Positions 55,148-64,000 of a stretch of DNA of 64,000 nucleotides are shown piece by piece; the stretch's first letter is position 1; the number at the start of each line of letters is the position of its first letter. The stretch spans positions 158,658,001 through 158,722,000 of the forward strand of contig JBITNC010000001.1 of the NCBI GenBank assembly GCA_050084985.1, written 5' to 3'. The translations under genes and the position numbers were made by a program. The notes under the pieces are model-generated. The model was not told the origin of the DNA and did not search any database. It saw only the letters and a program-made list of their open reading frames with translations. Source of the DNA: Nageia nagi (taxonomy: Eukaryota > Plantae > Pinophyta).

Positions 55148-56297
55148 AATTACAAATGTAAAGGGTATTAAATACATAAAAATGAAATTGATTTACTTTT
55201 GAGTGGTTACCTAGTTTAAAAGTTTAAAATTTGATAGTATAACACACTTTATCTTATTCTTTGTTCTTTTCATAATATCTATTCATCATCATATATAAAG
55301 AAGGTATTTAATAATACAATATTGAATAGATGAGAGATACATTTCATAGATATATATTTTAATTGTTATATAATATAAATAATTTTATTACGTATTTTAT
55401 ATGGTTTTAATCACTTTTAAAGATAAATATATTTTTACATAGAATGCACTATTGCGTCAAATAAAGCACACAATCAACTAAACATCTATAGAGATTCAAT
55501 AATATCATGATGAATTATCTTTTGTAAATACTTCTTTGACCTATATAAATTCAACCCTTATAAAATAATAAACTGAAATACATCATAAACAAACTAGTTA
55601 ACACATGATGAAAATAAAATTACAATTCATATCTATGTCAATGATACTCTTAAACTCTTTGATTTGATGAAAGACTAAGGGACAAATCCTGATAGTATAA
55701 ACTTTGTATTTTTTCTACTTATGTACAACCATGAAGTTATATGGATTAGATTTGTTAGTAATTTAATAGCATTAGTGACTCTTACCACATTATTCTTATA
55801 CTGAATCATTAAATAAGCATTGTTGACTTCCTTAGTTGTGCAAGTTATCTTGAGCAAATTTTGAACTTCTATGTCAAAATACCTATAACACCTAACTTGG
55901 GTGTATAGATGCATGTGTTTTCTTGTTGTCTATAAAAAACATAAATGTTAGAATAGAGAAATTTGTTTAAATAATCCTTATTTTTATTGGAGCCTCAATA
56001 TACTCCATCTTTTATTCTTCTTTCAAAGATTTATGTTGAAGTGGGTAGTTTGGATGATGTTTAAAGATTAATACCATTAATGAAAGATAAAGGAATTAAG
56101 AAGACACTTGGATATAGCTAAATTGAGATTGAAAAAATTGTATAATATTTTCTTATAGGAGATAAATTACACCTACAAACACATGATATGTATGGAAAAT
56201 TGGAGAACTTATCAAGTGAGATGAGGGAAACAAGGTATATTAGAAATACAATATATATAATGGATGATAGCAAGACTAACGATAAAGAATTATTTCT

Positions 56298-56600
56298 CTA
56301 TGAACATAGAATCTTGTTAAATAATTTATTTATGTTGTGTATTCTTCTATGTTTTTCATACATATGTATCAATGCACTCACAAACATAATATTTGATGAA
56401 AAACCATTTTCAACTACTCTTTGATGAATGTTTATACCTTCTTCTACAGCTACCACGGTGACACATGCTAGAACAATATTGGAAAAAGTTACAAAGTTTT
56501 TCTTTAATCCCAATAATTATATTTTCTTAATAGTCTCTAGGGTATTCTTAGAAAATTCCATTTTGTGCATATCTTGGGATCATTGCATTTCATAAAATTC
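56298..56600 (-). pseudogene. PLS-class PPR gene fragment C
   Basis: *NAMIPRYAQNG...GLKKNFVTFSNIVLACVTVVAVEEGINIHQRVVENGFSSNIMFVSALIHMYEKH, a P-L-S triplet. Confidence 0.85.
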
Positions 56601-58814
56601 CATTTCAATGAGGTAAGTGGTCAAATAATCTATTGATCAAATAAATATACATTTTTTTTATATGTTACACTTTAACTTAAAAGAAAATACATAATTTACT
56701 AGTAATCTATATGGATTCAAAGTGATCTAATAATAATAATCAATCATATCACTTCTTGTTTTATGATACATCCTATTGTTTAAGGTTGGTAGATCACTAA
56801 TTTGCTTATTAAAAAAAGTTATTCTTATATAAATAAATTCTATTTTGAAAGAAGTACATAGCCATTGTATTAATTTTACTACTTGATGAATGGTTTAGAA
56901 AAGTATTATCTATCAACACTTAGAATATGTAGAGGTCCATTATTTTATAATACCATGGTAATCCTCTTACTCTTGTGTAATGGATTCATTCCCAATATTC
57001 TTTTAGAAAATGTATTATCATAGTGGTGGTTTTTTAATGTTACATTAGGGACTAGATACCTTGGGAAGAGTTTCATCATATATTTCATTTATTTGGTACA
57101 AACAAGTCCATATATGATGTATTGATAACATGTACCCCTCATTCAATTTTATGTAAAAGTGGTGTCAGATCTTAACATCGTTGGTGGATTGGATAAGAAT
57201 GGTATGTTAACAATCCATTTATCAATTCCAAGGATAAGTGTGGGTATACTTGGCTTTTACCATATTTGCCTACGATTCCTTAATTTAATGAGAAATGGGA
57301 TTTTATTCGCACTAGAACTAGATGACAAGCTAGGTCTTAGATAGTCTAGGCTTCTTACATTGAGACCAAGAAATCCTCTTTTTGCATGGATCCTCTAATC
57401 TCAAGGCCTTCCTTAGCTTATCAATTGAAGCATCTAGGTTTCACTAACCCATTATGCCCATTCTATAATATAAATATGTTTTATTCCCACTTATTTTGGG
57501 CCTATGAGAAGGCCAAAAGTGCAAGGAGGTTGCATTATCTTTATATTAGTTATACTAGTTACCTTATCTTAGAAATAGGCATTTTTGGGTGATGTTTTCA
57601 CCTTCACTCTCCCATTGCATGAAGGGTGGAATATTTTTTTAGTTAGCATTTTATATTATTTATAGAATTCTCTTAATGGTGTCATTTATTTCTTAACAAT
57701 CTATATCTATTATTATTTTTCTTTCTAGCAAGATGGTAGAAGTATTTCATAATGTACAACTATAAATTTGTATTTGGACAAAAAAGTGGTGATGGACCTA
57801 GAGCACCTTTGCACTTTGCTAGATTATTGGGAAAATGCCCCATGTGTTGGGAGTTGAATCCCTTGAGACCATTCATTCCAAGATAATTCTAGGTTACATT
57901 CACACCACAACCATCATTGTGTGTGAGAGCTCAGTCCTTTGACCACCATAAATTGGAACCGCTACTAATTGGAAAGTCTTGGGATATTACTGGCAACAAC
58001 TCGTTTTATGTAGGAGGTTGGGATGTGCAACCAAAATATTTTGAGACCATGGTATGTTGGAGTGATAATGATGGTCATGATGATAATGATTTCTAGGGGA
58101 CAAGATGGTCATCTTGATATTACCAAATACATAGCAGAATCGCATGGATGATGAGAAGCTCTTACTTGCTTGCACATCTCCTAACTTGATCTAAGTTTTA
58201 TTTAGTTGGAATTTAATGCCTTAGTTTAGTGGCCAAAGGTCATAATGGAGATGTAATTATTTTTTCCCTCCTAACCTTTGTTGCCTCCTAACCCACGAGG
58301 TTAGTATGACTCCATATTGAAGTGTGATTAAGCCACCCACACCTTTTTTTATTATAAAATATTTATATTTTATTAATCTAATATCTTTTTATAGAAAAAA
58401 TAAAAGAAATCAAAGTTATAAAAGATTTATATTTTATTTTGATTAAATAAAAAACTTATTGTTTATCAATATTATAGAAATTAATTGTTCGATTCATAAT
58501 ATGGAGAAACACAAAAGTTTCATGATATAAAAAAATATTTTAAAAAATGATTTTTAGATTTTTATGAAAAAATTATAAATACATAGAAAAACAAATTCGG
58601 ATAACAAAAGAATTATAAGAAAATAAACTTTACCAAACTATATTACAACATTCTTAATACCCAAATAAAATCTAATTAAAATTATTAGTTGTAGATAGAG
58701 ATAGAAAAAGTATAAAATAATATGATTACAATATTTTTCTACCATCAAAGATCAAAGATGATTAAGCTAAAAATCAAGATTAAGCTTGCTTTTGATGGTT
58801 CTTCAGACTCGAAT

Positions 58815-59106
58815 TTATTTTCGTAGCTTCAATTTTTTTTCTGGAGAGAACACAGGAAATCGGGAGGCTTCGTTGAGGAGCTTTCCGGATCCGACACGCT
58901 CTTGCGGTCTGATGAGAGTCTCCATGCACTGCAACGCCATCCTCACCTCTCTCCTCACCACAAACCCGCGGACAATGACTGCAACCTCACCACCGCCTTC
59001 AAAGCACGCAATGTCTTCTTTGCCTGCATCGCAAACAAAACACACAAATAATATCAGGCGATCGAATGTATTCTTAGTTGAAAGCCGTTGATCTTACGAG
59101 ATGGCC
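58815..59106 (-). pseudogene. IQD: IQ67-domain (IQD) gene remnant
   Basis: GHL (59106-59098), then a 74-bp GTAAG...TGCAG intron (59097-59024) at the conserved phase-0 IQ67 position. Then AKKTLRALKAVVRLQ, a 1-bp deletion at about 58978, and IVRGFVVRREVRMALQCMETLIRPQERV. Confidence 0.9.
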
Positions 59107-60188
59107 TATTTTTGCGTGCATAGTTAAAGACGCGGAGGGTGCGTGAAAAGGCTGCGAAAGTGGTGAGGTTTAGCTTTAGCACAGCAATGTTGTGAGGAAA
59201 GACCCGAAGATGCTGCTTCCACGTCTCCATCTCCAATTTCTTTAAAGACGATTTCCAGATACATCATTTTCAAATAAATAAATGTTGACTTAATAATTTA
59301 ATAAAATAATTTTTTTGATCTTAATTAAATTTTAGAATTAAAAAAGGTGAGATGGAAATACCAATAAATTTTGCCTTTTAACATATGAAATAACCATTAC
59401 ATTGGAGGATATATGGTGTATTTAATAGGGTATTAATTGAGGGATAATATGTTCAAATTGTTGCAAACATCTTATTAATGGATGATAACATATGGAAAAT
59501 GTTTGATGATAAAGTAAATTGTATTGTTATATAATCAAGAGGTTCTAGATACCAATAATTATATGAGTTAGGCTCTAGTTTGCATCTATTTTTTTTTTTT
59601 TTTTTTTTTTTTATTAATGGGTTAATTTTTGTATTAATAAAAAAATTTGGAGTTTTAATGGATCTCCAAAAACCTTTATAAGATATTAGTTTCAAGCTCA
59701 GATTCTATCCAAAATGATTATAGTCCAATATGCTTCATTATGATCTGTATTTTTCATAAATAAATTTCACAAAGTCACTATGCAGAGCTACATTTTTTTG
59801 AAGGCATACTTTCCAAAAAAGGACTAAAAAAGGAACCTAAGCTTTGACATTGGAACATAAATATGAATATCTAGGATTGCACAAACAAAATATAGCTACT
59901 GTAATATAGTTAGCAGCCACATCACCATACATCGTACTTATTACCTAAAAATATTTTTGCATTGTTTAATATCTAATTGTATTCTTATAAACCCTTTTCG
60001 TTATACACTTTCATAGGAGTTGGGGGAAGTGATGATGGATATGGTAAATAATGGAGTGAATTTTTACTTCATGCTAGCTCTATGGGTGCAAACTTATTTC
60101 TTTAACTTATATCAAGTAGTATGGAAATTAGTATTAGAAATTAGCATGATCTTTCTAATATAGGTATGGATATGAGAGCATACAATAT

Positions 60189-61104
60189 TGTAATGCCCTC
60201 ATGATCTATCTTATGATGCTCATGGAGAGCATTTAGATGCCCCTTTTGCATTATAGTAGTTACACAATAAGAACTAATTCAAACATACGAAGTACAAGCA
60301 ACACTTAAAATATTAATAAGAATAATTAAATACTTCGAATATGGATTAGACTGAATGACATCCCTATAGTGATTATGTTAGTTGCATAGAGGATGGAGTA
60401 CAATTATAATGGGCATCATAGGAGATTTGTTTCATGGTATAAATACCTTAAGAGCTTGATTTTTTTGTATACCAAAGTTTTGGGATAGTTTGAGATTCAA
60501 CATGGGGCACCACAAGTATCAATGATTTATAGTTGACCGATAAAGGATGGACATCCCCAAGTGTAATTCATAGAGATTGGGAAGGAGGATGATTCCTTTA
60601 TTTAAAGCCTATGATAAAATGAAGTTAGGGCTATACTAAAATATAAATACATGGTTCAAGGATTGTAGGTCTCATCCCTATGTTCATAGGGTAGTTGAGC
60701 CTGTGGATTAGTAGTTGTATCAATGGTGGGGGTTTAAATATCTATTAGTTCAAAGAAGTAGAATGCTAGCAATGAGATGGAGGGGAAGATAGTCATGCAA
60801 TTAGTTAAGCATTTATAAATGGATCAAATTATTTCAATAAGGGACATAAGGGAATCTATAATAGCAGTAGATGAGATAATTTTGACATGGGAGGGAGAAC
60901 ATACTAAGGAGGGTGTTGTTCAAGTAAATTAATTTTTTGATACAAAAAAGATAGTTTTTAATGGAGCTATCAAGGATGAGGTTAGAGAAGAACCATTTAT
61001 GAGCTATGTTTGAGAGGTTTTGAATGAGCTAGTTAGAAGGGGAAGTATCCAAAGAAAAATACCACCTTAGAGGGGAGTTTGATATAATAGGGGATGACAT
61101 TACA
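60189..61104 (+). mobile_element. Degenerate gypsy (chromovirus-like) remnant
   Basis: LTR-type ends TGTAATGCCC and GACATTACA; weak integrase/chromodomain-tail traces (PYVHRVVEPV, EGKIV, TWEGE); no TSD. Confidence 0.35.
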
Positions 61105-62179
61105 TGCCAAGTATGAGATATGCCTCTTTATGAGGTGGAGATTTTATTATAATAAGGGGATTAACATACCAATTTTAGTATAGTAATTACATTTTTGGAA
61201 TGGTGATTGAGATGACCTACGAAAGATTCGATGTATTAAAATTTTAGATCTAGGTATAGTATCATATGATTTTTATGATCTATGTCTTGAATATTGGAAA
61301 TTGATGTTGGCAAAGATATTATGGAAAAATATATATATCATGGATTTGAAGAAGCTCAAAATTTTATATGGGCAATATAAATTTATTTGCAATTGTTATT
61401 GTAAATGTAATGTTCATATCCTAGTAGGATGCTTTAATGGAGTGGAAAATTCATTCCTAATCTATATTGCAATATTGTATTATACATAAGTAATTTGAAT
61501 ATTGCATGAATAGTAATAAATATTAGAGATTCTATTGAAAATTATTATGTAATATAATTATTTGTTATCCATTATTGAATACCAAATTATTGTTATCTTA
61601 TCGGATTTTTCATGCATGATATATGGCCTATATTTTTTATCAAAATACTTGAAATTGCCTTTTTCTCATCCTACAAAATCTTACCTTATTTTACTTAATT
61701 ACTTCATTTTGTTAAGTTTAACAAACCACCTGTAGTAAGATTACACCTATTCCAGACTTCACCCAAGTCTAAATCCAAGAAGTAAATGCATACATGGATC
61801 TTTTTTGGGCCTTGAGGTTCATTCATGTTGATTTAGCCAATAATTCATGTTTGGTATCAAACATATATTACTAGTTTTGGGTTAGAGTAAACATAAATTT
61901 ATGATTTTTTTACAATTAATCAAGATATTATATAAGTTTATTGAAGGAAGAATTCATATAATATACTTAAAATGTCATGACCAACACCAACAACTCTCTT
62001 CCCATTCTAGATTTTAACAAGCAATATTATGATTATTAGAGTATAAAGATGAGAATATTGATAATTAGAAAATATCTTTGAGATGTAATAGATATTGATT
62101 ATGATGATCTAGTTGAGTAGAGTACATTACAAGTAGTCTTTATAGGATGATAAATAATATATTTGAGAAGAACTCATTG

Positions 62180-62720
62180 GACCTATACCATATTCAATCC
62201 TCCCTAGATAAAAGTTTATTTCTATGCATTATTTTCGCAACCTCAACCAAGGAGACTATAAATTATTTACAAGAGGTTTACCAAGGTAGTGATTTAATCA
62301 AGAGTTGTAAATCCTAAAAATAAAGTTCAACAATCTAAAGATGTAAGAGTTTGAAAACATAATTAAATTTTATGTTAGAGTTAAATACATAGTGATTAAA
62401 GTAGCCAAACTTGGTAAGAGATTGAATAACAAGATTGTTCTAAATAAGGCACTTGGAAATCTAAAACCCAAGTGGAATTATATATCAATCATCATTGATG
62501 AAAGTGAATATTTTTATACACTAGTATTTGATCACCTTATTGGTTCTCTTATGTCATATGAGTAGAGGCTAAATGAAAACTTTGTAGAGAATGATGAAAA
62601 ATATTTTGTTTCCAAGATGAGAATTTCTATGAATGAAGGGTTAAGTATGAGTGGTTAAAACATAAGGTTGTAATCAAAATTATACTAAAGGGATAGAATT
62701 ATTTTTCCACCAATAGAGGA
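62180..62720 (+). mobile_element. copia gag (UBN2) fragment
   Basis: KFNNLKM*EFENIIKFYVRVKYIV...KPKWNYISIIIDESE...DHLIGSLMSYE*RL. Confidence 0.8.
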
Positions 62721-64000
62721 CAAGTAAAGATCAATCAAAGGAGGGTTTCATTCTACAATTAACTTTAGATACGATGCATTGTAAGAGATTCTTGAGGCAA
62801 GGCTATAAACGAAGGTAGGAAATCTACCTACTCCTATGTAAATTAAGATACTCAAGAAGATCAAGGTAAATTGGTTAAATTTCATAACATGAGAAATATA
62901 ACTAATTAAGAGGGTTTGTATTTCAAATTTAGTTACTCTAATCACATGAATGGAACTAAGAAGTTATTTTACAATATGAATGATTTATGAAGTTATTTTG
63001 CCTATGGTATTCCAAGATGCACCACATACGTACTTCTCACACTCCATCTTCAAGTACTTATAAAATAAAAATTTAAAGAGTTAAGATATATAATAAACAT
63101 CACCATAAAAATTAAGAGACACAATTTACCCTAGAGATACCCAATGTGGGAAAAAATATAGCCAAAAATCTCTACTATGTGATGAAGAGGTGAGTACAAT
63201 GGTGGCCTTCCTCCAAAATGCTACTGATAGGAATAATCTCAAGGATTTGAACACTCCAATTTACTTTCCTTATCAATGCTCCTAATAGTCAAGCAACAAG
63301 GTGACAATCTCTCTTACAATAATTCTTATATCACACTTGCATGGAATTTTACAATTTCATATTCTCTTTTTCCCTTTAAGAAATAGGATCTCTCAATATT
63401 CACTAAGAATTGGCTATCTTCCTCTAATGAATTCATTATTATTCTTAGGATATGTGTATGTCCATTCTACAAGTTAGTGGATTCTCTCTACATTCAACTA
63501 TTTATGGAGATATCAACACACTATGGAGTACTACACAAAGTACCCACTCACAAATGCTTCTTCATGGAGTTTTTATAGATGTGAAGTCCAACGTCATGGA
63601 GGCTTGTCAAAATATCTTTCATGCAATATGGTATGGACTATTTTTTTATTTTTTTCTCTCTCTATAAGCTTGATTTTTATTATTTTTATGTTTCTTAAAA
63701 TGGAGAAAATGGTCACAAAAAATATTCATCTCCTACTAATTACTTGTCTTCATCTCTAGTTTCACAATCTTAATTATTTTCCTTTTAGTATTTACTTTGA
63801 TCAACATTTAATTTGAGGAGATTTCTTTTGGATAATAGTAATTATATATAACTATTATCTATATAGTTTTTATGTCTTCCTCAAAATACCTTAAAATAGG
63901 CCCTTAGAAAATGTATGGACAATTACACAGGATTGAATGACATCTACAAGTTCTACAACAAATAACAAATAAAATAACATGTAAATCCTCAATATGAAGG

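Noticed and set aside
57000-58330. LTR-like sequence; similar case at about 63060-63960
   Set aside because: No partner LTR, PBS, PPT or TSD could be established within the window.
58786-59236. ORFs 58786..59091 (+) and 59054..59236 (-) as novel genes
   Set aside because: They are antisense or off-frame readings of the IQD remnant and its upstream DNA.
36446-59300. GSTF exon 1 located far upstream across a giant TE-filled intron
   Set aside because: No GSTF N-terminal sequence was recognised upstream, the distant CpG island is IQD, and exon 3 is itself broken.

Overview
This is AT-rich, repeat-dominated plant nuclear DNA, not prokaryotic. The PLS-PPR and retroelement types suggest a gymnosperm (inference; species not determinable). 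CG and CHG sites are strongly depleted, and most premature stops in the TE frames are TAG/TAA/TGA at Gln/Trp/Arg positions, as expected from long-term methylcytosine deamination. No intact protein-coding gene was found. The window is a nested TE graveyard. It holds a full-length Ty1/copia element (22771-31378, AAGGT TSD) plus two partial copies of that family, and a second copia gag-pol (50790-54900). It also has several Ogre/Tat-like Ty3/gypsy elements with gag but no pol; one is a tandem pair sharing one LTR and carrying an antisense, intron-containing Plant Mobile Domain (PMD) gene. A hAT transposase relic has a 21-bp tandem array and a convergent spliced second gene. Host-gene remnants comprise two CpG-retaining, deletion-compacted pseudogenes (phi-class GST, IQ67-domain IQD) and three PLS-PPR fragments. 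All homology calls are by-eye motif recognition; no searches were run, and boundaries without TSD/PBS/PPT anchors are approximate.
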